From: Hydrolagus affinis
Taxonomy: Eukaryota
Assembly: GCA_012026655.1 (NCBI GenBank)
Contig: JAAILG010001153.1
Location: 1 to 64,000 of the forward strand
Length of the DNA: 64,000 bases
Reading direction: 5' to 3'
The notes below the pieces were generated by a model. That model was not told the DNA's origin, ran no database searches, and worked only from the letters and a program-made list of their open reading frames with translations. Below, piece after piece: positions 1 to 12,048 of this stretch. The first letter of the stretch is position 1. The number at the start of each line of letters is the position of its first letter. Made by a program: the position numbers and the translations under genes.

Positions 1-1429
1 CTCTGTCTCACTGTACCACCATGTACATATCAGCAACGTGAAGCAGATGTAGATAAGAAAGCTATGACTTTGCTCATTGTTCTGAATATGATTAGCTGTC
101 CATAGCATCTCAAGAATTCCCAGTTGAAGCATACTAATGGGAGAGATTATATACTTGCAGAACACTAATCCTTCCTGAGAAAAGCTGATAATCAGGTATA
201 TTTGTCTATTGATTTCAGTGTTTCAAAGTTGCAAAGTGCTTAAATCAACTATTGAAGCCCTGGTGATTCATTCTAATGTAAATGCCGAGCCATAGTGTGA
301 GTAACAAACTGTGTGTACTGTGTATAAACATTCTTTTCAAAGTGGCTGTGACTTCCTTTTGCTTTTCATAGTACTCTGATGCAAGTAGGAGTTGGCAGCA
401 ATTCAGAATAATTCTTGTGACAATAATCTCAGGGGCAGATTCCATTGTTTTAGGGTATGCCAGCTGTCATGCCAACAAACCCTCCCCAAAACCATCATGT
501 GTATGTTCTTTCATTCTGTGACAAAAAACAAGCATTTCTCCTTCCCCCACAAGCCTCAATCAATTCACTTTACAGTATATTCTGTACAGCACTTTGAGAT
601 GCCTCAATCAGGTGATCAGGTGCTATATCAAATGCATGGATTATTGTTATTATTTTAATAATTATTATTATTAAATACCATAATCTTTTGGTAATGGCCC
701 TCCGATCTATTTCTGTGTTGGTGATGGACGGGGAGGAAATCTCTGTTAGTCTATTTCTCCCAATGCAAAAGAATGCAAATATTTTCTCCTCAAGGCTCTG
801 ACTCACACTGCAGCACAGCTCCACATGTGCCAGCTGCCAGTCTGTATTTCCCTCAAGGGATCACTCTTCATACAAGAGTTTACACAGTGAATATTGGCCA
901 ATGGTTTTACTATGGGGACTATCGCAGCTAAGCCTAATACTGTCCTTATCCAAAATCCACACACATGCACTTCCCAGCAGAAATGACTGAAAGTAATAAG
1001 CAGTAGGAACTCAGCACTGACCTTTCTTCTCTCGCTGCCACCCCACACCCCTTCTCCACTATCCCCGCCCCCACCACCCCTGAGGGACAGAGGTCGATTG
1101 TAGTGAACCAACTGCTGTGCAAGCTGAGATCAGCTAATTCACACAGAATGGGTATTTGAACCTGAGAGCTTCCCTATCTGTAGAGCTCAGCTTTTCGTGA
1201 CTGACAGTGGATTTTCCTACAGGATAGGCTTCAGAATACAAATATTTTAAAGGGAACTGACTTCATCGAAAATGTATTTAGGAAAATCATGTATCTCATT
1301 GCTAGAGGGAAAGCCAACAACAACAACAAATTTACATTGATATTTCACTTCGGGAAGGCAGGCACCCTAAGGTCCTGGACAGTCGAAGGTTTGCACCCGA
1401 GCTGGGGTGGAGGGGGGTGGGGGTGCCAC

Positions 1430-1615
1430 AAAACGGGGCAGCCAATCACACACAGCTGTGTCCCCACAAACAGTGGTGGATGGAAGAGACCAATTTTTTT
1501 TCTTGAGAGATTCTTGTCAGGTGTTTGGTGTAAGGAAACTTGCCTAAGGTTTTGCCCTGTCGGTAATCAAACCCAGGTTTCTCACTTGCGAGGCGAGTGC
1601 TCTTAGCACTGAGCA
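1430..1615 (-). mobile_element. tRNA-derived SINE, 5' and central part
   Basis: Contains cagccaatcacacacagctgtgtcccc, aaggaaacttgcctaaggtttt and the reverse-complemented head (acccaggtttctcacttgcgaggcgagtgctcttagcactgagc), shared with the copies at 46128 and 49994. Confidence 0.8.
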
Positions 1616-2689
1616 ACAATGATGCTGTTTAAGTGCTTTCTCAACTCCTCCGCTCCCTCCTCCCCCACTATTGATATTTTTAACATGAACAATTCATTGG
1701 CTGATGTGCTTGTAAACAATCATAGATAGGTTCGGTGAAGAATTTAGCCTTTTAAATGAAGAGAAACACTCAGCCGACAAGCATTCTTTTGTTTGATTTG
1801 AAAAGGACATTTTTAATAGCTGTGTGGCCAGTAATAAAGGGGAGAGGGGTAACAAGTGGCCGGGCATGTTGATGAGATAGGATGCCTTAAAATGAATGTA
1901 ATAGGATATTTGTTGTCATCATGGCAGTGTTTTAATTAAATCTCCGCATCCACTCCTCCTTGATGCAAAGGGAGGAGGCAAACTGAAAATGATCCAAAAT
2001 GGGAAAAATGCATTTGGATCGTAAAATGTGATGCAGACGCATTTTTGCCACAAGGTGAATATAACAGAATTTGTATTTTGAAAGGAAGCTCTGGAGTGCA
2101 ATGCAATCTAAAACTCACAAGTAAATGGGGGCATAAATTCAATAAGCAGAGCATTAATGTGCTTGAGTTATTGTCAGAAGTGTCCAAAGAAACAACTTAC
2201 ATAGCATTCGTGAAAGCCTTTGATTTCAAATTAACCCTTCGTGGCACGTCCTTCATAGCTTTCAGTAGATATAAGCGTATTTTAAATCTTTTTTTTCAAA
2301 TTTTGCTCTGAATGAATGGCAATTTTCAGACATTGTCAAACCACTGGCTCCTTTAGCTGTTTGTTTGTTTGTTTGTTTTTGCCTAACCCTATCCTGATAC
2401 ATGGACTATTTCTGCTTCAGAACTTCTGAGTGTTCATCCAATTGTCAAGGGCAGCAAAGGACAGGAGAAGCCTGATCATGTCCCAAAGATGGATCATGGA
2501 TTATGGATCATGAAGCGCTCTGAGACGCCGTTTGGCGTGGAGGGCGCTATATAAATTGATGTTGTTGTTGTATCAAGGCCTAATATTGAACTTAGAAGAG
2601 GAGAGCTGATAGAGGGCTTCTTACACAAGAGATCATAATAACAATCATTGTGCTTGATTGATAGCAGGAGGACATCTCAAAATGCTTCA

Positions 2690-2975
2690 CTGGGTATACT
2701 GTAAAGGGTAGTAATTATATGTTTGCGGACGAATGAGGCAGCCATTTGCCAATAGCCATGAAGTGAATAATTAGTAGTAATGGGGGATTCTTGCCTTGAA
2801 CATGGAGAAAAACTCCTTTCCTGTTTTGAGTAGTGCCATGGGATCTTTAATTCCATTTGGACAGGCAAATGGGACCTTGATTTCATTCAAAGTTCAGCAC
2901 CTCCGACAAGTGCAATGTTTCCCTAGCAATACACTGAAGTCCTAGAACTGTGAGCTCAAAACCCTGAGGTGGAAA
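2690..2975 (-). mobile_element. Degenerate older SINE (DeuSINE-like)
   Basis: ggcagccatttgc...gtagtgccatgggatctttaattccatttggacaggca...cagcacctccgaca is the reverse complement of the core seen at 36215 and 63435. Confidence 0.55.
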
Positions 2976-3289
2976 TAATGGCACAAAGCACATTGACAAT
3001 TTGTTTCACAATAAATATTTTCAAACCACACGTGCAAGAAGTGTACACTTTTCATAAATTTATTAAAATCCTCTTCTCCTGAAGGCATTGGGCAGCTTTT
3101 TCCTCCACTGGGCTATGGGTTATTGGGAAGTAGTAGTGATCTGATATTTCACCAAAATATTAATACATGAGCCTTGCTAGCGAGTTTTAGCATGTTATGC
3201 ATTACCACAAGAAATGTTATAACATTGACCATCACAGATGTCAATGGTAGGTCGGGTCAGGCAGGAGACATGGAGCAGGCCGGAGCAGC

Positions 3290-3690
3290 GGACAAGTGGA
3301 TAAGGGGTCAGCAGGTCACAGAGGTAGGAAGGGCAAGGCAGTGGAGGGTCTTGAAAGTGAGGACAAGGATCTTGAATTCTATCCTGTGCGAGATGAGGAG
3401 TCAGTGGAGCTGGGCGACGGTGGGAGTGATGGGGTCATGTGCCTGGTGAGGGAGAGGACATGAGCTGCAAAGTTTTGGATGATCTGCAGCTTGTGGAGCG
3501 AAGAGTTGGGAAGGCTGACAAGGAGGATGTTTCCGTAGTTGAGCCTGGAGGTGACAAATGCGTGGGTGAGGGTTTCAGCAGTCTGAGAGGTGAACAAGTG
3601 GCGGAGTTGAGCAACTTGCAGAGGTGGTAGAAGGCAGTACTGATCATGGCACAGAGATGGGGGAGAAAGGACAGTTGACAGTATTAAACA
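3290..3690 (-). mobile_element. L2 LINE fragment (ORF2 C-terminal region)
   Basis: Minus-strand translation AETLTHAFVTSRLNYGNILLVSLPNSSLHKLQIIQNFAAHVL, a typical L2 post-RT motif. Confidence 0.9.
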
Positions 3691-4037
3691 GGAATGGGAA
3701 CCCACTATGGCACAAGACTCTGAAGCCGAACGTTATTTCCTCCATACCATCCCAGCAGACATGAGCTATCTCAGGACTGGCTTGAAATCCAACATTTAAC
3801 TTTCCTGGTTTATCTGGATCAGCTTCACATGGAATAAACTGACGAAGTCTGACATCGAGAGAGGGAAGTCTACAAAATCATAAAGGGAACTCTTCAGTCC
3901 ATTAGATCTAATCCTTCTAGAATCCCCACCCTTAATTTCATTCTTCACACCATTAAGCTGTTTGTTTTCAATAACACTAGTTGCATCTCGCGTAAGGTTT
4001 GAGTTGTCCTGGATTTTACCTCTGATGTATTTCGCTT

Positions 4038-4400
4038 ATCATAGAATCATAGAATCTTACAGCACAATAGGAGCTATTCGGCCCATTGAGTCTGTGCCGG
4101 CTCTTTAAAAAGAGCAATTTAATCTCACTCCCCAGCTCTCTCCCCATAACCTCGCAAATCCGTCCTCCCCAAATAAATGTCTACCTCTCTTTTAAAAGTT
4201 GTTATCGAATCGGCCTCCACTACCTTTTCAGGCAATGCATTCCAGATTCGAACAACTCGCTGAGTGAAAACATTTCTCCTCACCTCCCCTCTGCTTCTTT
4301 TTGAAACTATTTAAAATCTGTGACCACGAGTGACTGATACACCCACCAGTGGAAACAGTTTTTCCTTGTTTACTCTGTCGAATTCCCTCATGGTCTTAAA
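4038..4400 (-). mobile_element. CR1 LINE 3' end
   Basis: An (ATCATAGA)-type tail is followed by ...ttcggcccattgagtctgtgccggctcttt..., the reverse complement of the CR1 3' UTR also seen at 40030-40205. Confidence 0.85.
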
Positions 4401-4467
4401 AAGCTTCTTCAGAAACAACAAATCAGACAATCTGCTGGGATTTTGCATCAATAATAAGTAATAACAT

Positions 4468-5360
4468 GTATGCAGATGACACCCAACTCTATCTCTCCGC
4501 TTCCACCCTCATCTCCAGGCCTACCAGCGTCCTGACTGCCTGCCAGTCTGACGTTGAGTCCTGGACGATGGACAACTTTCTTCAGCAACGACAGCAAGAC
4601 TGAGGCTCTCCTGATTGGCTTGTGTCAGCGCCTCCGCACCTCAGGTGCTGGCAGCATCAGCATCCAAGGCTGCACTCTCCATCTTTCAAAGCCAGTCAGG
4701 AACCTGGGTGTCTTGTTTGACCCTGAACCGTCCTTCCTCCCCACATCCCCACCATGACCAGCACTGCCTTCCACCACCTCCGTAATATTTGGATGCTGCC
4801 TGACCTGCTGAGTTTTCCTGGCAACTTCTGTTTTATCTCCATAACATTGTCAGACTTCGCCACAGCCTCACCCCTCTGGCTGCCAAAACCCTTGTCCATG
4901 CATTCATCACATCAAGGCTCGAATATGGAAACTCCCTCCTTGTCAGCCTTCCCAGTTCTTCCCTTCACAAACCACAGATCATCCAGAGCTCTGCAGCTTG
5001 TGTCCTTTCCCGCACCAAGCTCCGCGACCACATCACTCCCATCCTCACCCAGCTCCATTGGCTCCCCAATTCAAGATCTTCGTCCTCCCTTTCAAGGCCA
5101 TTCATGGCCTTCTCCCCTCTTATCCCACAGTCCCTTTGCCTCGCTTCCCCCCCTTGACTCCTTCAAGACCAGTCTTGAGACCCTCCTCTTCGATCGTGCC
5201 TTCTGCTGCCCTTCAACTCTCTCTCTCCCCTCCTAACTCTCTCCCTGCCCTCCCCACTACTCTGCCCCTCCCCCTTGCTTGGGTCCCGAACTGACGAGTC
5301 AGTGCCTTGGCACGTCCTCCCGACATGAAAGGCGCTCTATAAATTTAATTTTGTTGCTGT
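4468..5360 (+). mobile_element. L2 LINE 3' fragment, degenerate, containing a small insertion at 4790-4836
   Basis: Starts atgtatgcagatgacacccaactctat (MYADDTQLY, RT catalytic motif), has KTEALLIG and VRNLGVLFD motifs, and ends in the L2 tail gccttggcacgtcctcccgacatgaaaggcgctctataaat...ttgttg. Confidence 0.9.
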
Positions 5361-8009
5361 AATTTTGAACATAAAGAAATGCTCTAAAATATCATTAATG
5401 CTGATGGTCCTTTATAGTACTAGGGGAGCCCTCCATTTTCCTGAGAAGAGCAGTTAGGGCAAGGTTCTGTGCCGTCCATCTTTTCTAATGAACATTGACA
5501 TTCCTCTCAAACCCAGTCAGGAACCTGGGATAACCAGACACTAAGGGAATAGTTACAAATGTAGAGGAAATGCTTTCTGTGAATTAGGAGCTGTTACACG
5601 TATACAATAATTAAAGAAGGACCCATTAAATACAAGGCATCACGTTAAACAGAACATTCGGGAAACTGCAGTGTGGGTGGTAAAGATGCAATGTGTTGCT
5701 AGTCTGTCATCTTTAAATGAAAAAAAAAGGAGAACTGAGAAGAAAGAGAAAAGGACACACTGTTACAGAGACAGATGGATCGGTCAGGTAAAGCCAATCT
5801 TTCTTGCAGCTCATAACTCATGACTACAGTATATAGAAATTAATGCAAATTGTTCAAAATAATTACAATATATATTGTTCTACAATGTTTGAACTAGCTA
5901 AATCCACTACTATAGTGATGTGTGCAAATGACAAATTAATAAAGATATATTATCTAAAGGAAGGAGTACAATGTGACAATATTGTGTTTAAACACTTTTT
6001 ACGTTTGTTCAAGTTACAGATACTACAAAGGATTTGCTGCCGAGTTTTGAAAACATCCAACATTTAGGGTATGACATGGGTTGTGGTGGCTCATCACTCA
6101 AACAGAATTGGGTGCTTTAGTCCAGACCAGACAAGTCCACAGTATTCCAGGTCATTGCTGATGACGTCAGGCAACAACATCGGCAGTTCTTGGAGAGGCA
6201 GATCAGTCATTGGAGGTCAGGGATTCATCCCCTCAACTCCCATTAACACAACAAGCCACAGCCCTACTGGGAAGGGTGGTTATAGATGGACATGCAGTCC
6301 ATGTCCAGAAAGCTTGCCCTTGGAAGAGGACATTGTTTCAGCAGGTTAAACTCAAGTGGTACGGCAACATGCATATTCCATTTCAAATACAGGGAAATGT
6401 CCATGCAAAGGATGTATTCTCAGTCTGGTTTGGATAATCTTAAACATAGTGATGTGTTTCCACATCAGTCAAACATCCAGCTGGCAAAAAAAGGACTGAT
6501 GCTGGTCACACAACCTCTGGAGACAAGGCTTCAGGAACCAAAGAGATATAAATATGAATGCTGGTAAGTCATGGAAGTGACTACCACAAGATTTACATTG
6601 TACTACTGAGTGGCAGTTAACAACAACAACAACAACAACTCGTATTTATATATCGCCCCTCTGGCATAGTAGCTTCTCAGAGCTTTTGAAGGTCACATAT
6701 GCATTGCAGACCACAGAGTCTGCAGAGTCTGCTAGTTATGGAGGTGAATGATGACTGCCTCTAGGAGCAAAACTTAAATTCTGTGTCAGAGGTGAGAGTG
6801 CTAGTAACCACACAAATCGTTGCACTTTACAATGTGTTGCGAAGCACTTTGGGGTGTCCTGACATAAAAAGCACCATATCAAATGCAAGGATTATTATTT
6901 AGTATTATTATTAACTGAGACAAACTGATACACAGCGATGGTTGTTGGCCTGATCACAAATGTCTGCTTCTCCACTGCTGTGAAGGGCTGTACCTGAGGA
7001 GTACTTGCAATAATTGTTTAAGCTCCATGGAGTTCTACTAAATTGGACTTGAGCCTCCTATGGAGATTGGCTCATTTTGTTCTAACATTAGCATAGCAAC
7101 TGATGTTCTTCCATGATGATCAGCATTGATACAATCTGTGATTAATTCCCAGAGAACCTTCTTAGACCACTTTCTTGCATGCCAGATACTTTCCTTCCCA
7201 TTTTGTCATGACACATTTCCATCTATCCTAACAGGGCTTCTACTGAGCTGGAGGCAATGCTGTGCTTTAAGCATCATGACACCATTACCTCACAATCACA
7301 CAACATTTCATCTTCCAAGTTATTATTGGCAAATGATGAGAAAAATCATTAACACTGGAGCCAGTTTACTGAGATCATTAAATGCTATGGGCATCTAATA
7401 TAATTAGGGTATAGGAAACAGACCCCCTCCCCAGCTTTGTTCCGCAAACTTGCTTAATGGTGCAGGAAGCCATGGAGAAGTAAACTGCAACTTTCAGCAG
7501 CCGGTGAATGGGATACAGTATTGGCATATAAAAGAAACAGAGAGGCCAGTAACCAGTTAACTAGGAGTCAAACTGTGCAATCCACTGGATATCCAAATGC
7601 CATAGATCTTGCTTCAACCAGGTTGCTTTTGATCACAGCACTGTGGGGGAGGCCTTGTCTACTTCAGACACATCTGAAAATCTGATATGCCAAATATCGA
7701 ATACATCACCATGTTTACCTATGTTGATAATGCTTTAGATTTTTGGATTCTCAGTTAGATTCAGCACTTACCCTAAAGCAAGTGGACATCTCCAGCCTTG
7801 GTGAGAGTCCCACAGACATTATGGGGAAATAAAAGCATAGTTATGCATTTCCTGTACTTTGACATGTGTTGCACACCACAGAATCGTTTTTAACAGCAGT
7901 AATAATAATATTAAAAACAGTAGCCTGCTATATAAAGTATTATTGTGCGATTGACGAAGGCTTTATTTTCATCTGCATTCACTATAATGTATTGGACAGC
8001 TGATTCAGA

Positions 8010-8560
8010 TTCTATCCCACATCCATGCCAAGACTTGCTCTATCTTCCCTCACCTCCGCAACATTGCCCGGCTCCACTACTGTCTCACACTGCAGGCCGC
8101 AAAACTCTCCTACCTGCATTCATAACATCCAGTCTTGACTACCCAAATTCCTTGCTTGTCGGTTTCCCCAACTCCTCCCTCCATAGGCTGCAGATCATCC
8201 AGAACACTGCAGTCCGTGCCCTCCCCCACAGTAAGCTCCATGACCCTATCATCCATCCCCATCCTTGTCTGACTCCACTGGCTTTCTATCACACAGAGAA
8301 TGCAGTTCAAGATCCTGGTCCTCACCTTCAAAGCCCTCCATAGACTCGACCCTACCTACCTCTGCAACCTCCTAATCAACTATCAATCTGCATGTTCCCT
8401 CCACTCAGTGCACTCCGGCTTCCTTCAGGTCCCCCCCTTGGCGAACAAGTCTTCAAGCACTCTGCCCCCAAGTCATACTCCACCTCACCCAATCTGCTGG
8501 CTCCTCGAGGCCCTTTTCTTCGACTGCTTTCGATCAACCTACTTTCTCATTTCTATGCAC
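8010..8560 (+). mobile_element. L2 LINE fragment
   Basis: AFITSSLDYPNSLLVGFPNSSLHRLQIIQNTA and FKILVLTFKALH motifs. Confidence 0.88.
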
Positions 8561-8574
8561 TCCAGTATAATATA

Positions 8575-8863
8575 GTCCTGTATCTTAGTGATTAGAGCAC
8601 TCATCTTGCAAATAAGAGGGCTTGGGTTCAATTCCTGAGCAGGGTGAAATATTAGGCAAATTTCCTTATTCAGTCGATTGTCAGATCACTTTTCCAGGGG
8701 TAATAACCTCTTGAATATAAAAGAAGAATTTGGTTTGACCAACCATTGACCCATGTCGCCACAAAATATACAGTCAATTCACTGTACAGCATATTCTGTG
8801 AAGAGCTTTGAGAAGTCTCAAAAACATGGTAAGCACTATGTATACTGCAAGGATTAGTATTAT
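8575..8863 (+). mobile_element. tRNA-derived SINE, degenerate full-length
   Basis: Head gtcctgtatcttagtgattagagcactc...gggttcaattcc and tail cagtcaattcactgtacagcatattctgtgaag...tgcaaggattagtattat. Confidence 0.75.
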
Positions 8864-11134
8864 TTAAAAATGAAAAACAAGTTAATTACTGTATTTGCTT
8901 TGTTGTAAGATTTCCTTTGTGCATGCTATTAAGAATAGGATTTACAAGATATATCATCGGTAAGACTGATATCCAAATGGAAAATACATTATTTGGGATT
9001 AAACAGCCAGCTGGGCAAGTCTTCAAAACTACTTTTGCTTTGGTTTCCTGATCCCATCATTATTTAAATTCTGCCAGTCAAGTTACTGATTTTAATAGGA
9101 ATGGAGGGTTTATATATCATTTTAAAATCTACTGAAGATTAAAATCCGTATTGATATCAACCAACCATTACTTTTTGCTTTGTCTCCACATCTTTCTTCT
9201 CAATCTGATGATGCCATAAGCTTTGGTCCATTCCCTATTTTTTCCCCATTAGAAAATTCACATCAGCTGCAACGGCAATTGAGGTCGCTCCTTACCTCCA
9301 CCGAACTGGTCATTTGAAGCTAAACTCTCACTTGCAGTATCCTTGAGCTGTAAGATGCCAATAGATTGCAAATGGAACCATTACCAACAAATTGCTTTGC
9401 AACACGTGTAATGTACTTTCCTGTGATTTACAGATGTGATGCTCTCTCTCTCCCTTCTCCTGTGGAATAAGGTGTGTCATTAAGTGAACAACCCGACCTT
9501 TCTGATTGTTGTGTCCATTCATGTTTTATAAGTGCTTCAATGGAAGTCCTCAGTCGTTGTCTAGTAGAGGACCTTGCCATTCAGGCTAAATCCTCCTTGT
9601 CTTCTCTTTTCTGGGAGTCTATCCAATGAGTTAACGGGAGCTACGACCATATTTAGATTATTTTTTACGTATTCTGCCTTTGAGTTTCCTCCTCCCCCTC
9701 TCCCTTCTCTTCTGTTTTTCTCCGACTTTAATCAACCAGTGTTTTAACCTCCCATTTACTGTATATCATACCTTCCTCTGGCGATCATTAAAACAATGAA
9801 ACTTAAAGATTCTAATTGGCCTGAAAACAGATCATCCATTTTGCTCTCCAGCAGTTTTCTTTGGAATTCAGCAGTTTTCAGAAATATTATCACCAATTAG
9901 AAAGCAAAGTGGAAGTAGGAGTTAATGCTTCCTACCCCATTTGAGCATGTACTCAGTCCAGTACATTTTCCACGGCAGTAATACATCCACAAGATTTACA
10001 TAGAAAAAGGCCATTTGGCCTATACTTTATTTATACTCCACATGTGTTTCTACCCACTCCTTACTGCCTCTTATACTCTTCTATTCTCTTCTCCCTCATA
10101 TCTATATCAAGCTTTCTTTTAAATGCATCTATACCAGTGATGGCCAACTTGTGGCCCCTGGGAATGTCAAGATGTTGCCCTACACCACCACCCCACCCCC
10201 CAAACATTTACGCAAGTCTACGTATGTCCATTTTCAATCTGTTTTATGGCATAAATCAAGAAATTTTCAAGCAAGAACATTAATTTTGTTGGCTCTTAAT
10301 AAAAGTTGGCCACCACTGATCTATACTATCTGCTTTGCTTTGGGTAGTGATGGTATTGTTGGCTAAAATCTTCTTTGCTTTTTATGTTCTTCACTCTCAT
10401 TGTATTTGCCACTAATGTTGTGCTAACAATCAGGGATTGTTCACTTGCTCCAGATTGATGTACCATGTGTGTATTCTGTGGCTGAGCAAAAGCTAAATTT
10501 TAAATGATTCTACATGCATGATCCTGGGGCTAATAGTGAAGCATATGTCAATAGAAACATGAATCTCAGAGATTTCTGTTGCGATTTTAGCCATTTTATC
10601 TTATTTGAATGACAATATTAACATTGCACTACTGTGACATATACCTTTGGTACTTGCTTTCCATCTGGATCGCCTGGGAATTTTAATGGACTGGAAGATT
10701 GCAGGAATGTGGGGCTCACATAAACATACTGCATATATTTAGAACCAGGGAAGCAACCACAGCATATATTGATATGCCACCTTTCACATCAGGAAGACAT
10801 ATCGAAGTGCTTCATACAATATTGCCAAATCATTAGATGGGAGTTTCATCAAATGGGTTGAATCAAATGTGCTGGATTGCTGATAGGCATGGTAATAGTC
10901 TGCACCAAATTATTTTACTGACCAGTTTCATTGTATTAAAACTATGGCATTCATTTTTCTCACAATTTATGTCAAGAGCAAAATAGAAGCGTGATGTCCT
11001 GGTTTTAGATAACTAAAAGTATAAATAAAGCAACACATTAAATGATTTTGTAAGTTCAACATAAAGGCTTGTCATGAAGTGATTCAGAGCTTCGCTTAAC
11101 TGTTTCTTTGAATTGTGGCAAAAGATACAACTAA

Positions 11135-11445
11135 ATCAATCAATCAATCAATCAAAACTTACATTTATATAGCGCCTTTCACGTTGAGAGGACATCCCAA
11201 GGCACTGTACAGTCAGGTAGAGACAAGAGCGGGGGGGAGGAGTCGAGGCAGGATGAAGGAGAGTAGGAGAATTGACTGTGTATTTGTGGGTGAAACGCAG
11301 CAGCCAAATTGCGCACAGCAGTGTCCCACAAACAGTCATGGAAGTGGGATTAGGGGAGAAAGGGGGAAAGATGGCAAGGGGAGGGGTCAGGGTAGGGGGA
11401 AGGAGAGCAGGAAAACTGACTGTATATTCGTGGGCGAAACGAATA
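11135..11445 (-). mobile_element. Composite L2-tail / SINE-core element with (ATCA)n tail
   Basis: The L2 3' tail (11160-11215) is followed by purine-rich spacers and two copies of the SINE core piece (about 11255-11342 and 11398-11441). Confidence 0.7.
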
Positions 11446-11858
11446 ACCAAAATGTTTCTTAATTAAGCGTGTATACATGTCAGTGTGATATGCCACATAT
11501 GGCTATATGTTTTAAGGATATATTTTATGATGATCAATTGATCAATTGCCTTGGGCACTTCAAAAATATTGGGCACTTCAATCCACAACTGTTGTAGGAA
11601 GGACATTGCTGTGTGCAATTGGCTGCCATGTTTCGCCAACAAATATAGTCAATTCACTTTACAGTATATTCTGTAAAGCACTTTGAGTTGTCTAGAAGAT
11701 GTGAAAAAGCAGTATATCAAAAGCAAGAATTATTATTATGCTACCTGTTGTTACAGTCAATCTTTAGAAACTGAGAGTACAAAATTCATCCCATTGGGTT
11801 CGAAGTAAATAAAACAATGAACCATAAACTAATGACAGTTACTATTTCTTGTGCCCAC

Positions 11859-12048
11859 TAGTCGATTTAGTGTGGGTCGGTAGATTTTGTGAGGGTCAGC
11901 CAATTTAATGAAGGTTTGTAGATTTAGTGAGAGTTAGTAGATTTATTGAGGGTTGGTAGATTCAGTGAGGACCAATAAATTTAGTAAGGTTCAATAGGTT
12001 TAATGTGGGTCTGCGAATTTAGTGAGGGTCTGTAGATTTAGTGAGGGG
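11859..12048. repeat. Degenerate 19-bp minisatellite, about 10 copies (consensus about TAGATTTAGTGAGGGTCTG)
   Basis: Units such as tagatttagtgagagttag, tagatttattgagggttgg, tagattcagtgaggaccaa, cgaatttagtgagggtctg. Confidence 0.85.

Noticed and set aside
6070-6600. Possible ancient RTE-like LINE remnant and a lone CRE palindrome TGACGTCA (6162-6169)
   Set aside because: The remnant is too degenerate to assign by eye, and a single 8-mer is expected by chance in 64 kb.
11859-12048. CRISPR-like array
   Set aside because: The units are contiguous with no unique spacers, the context is a vertebrate intron, and there are no cas genes.
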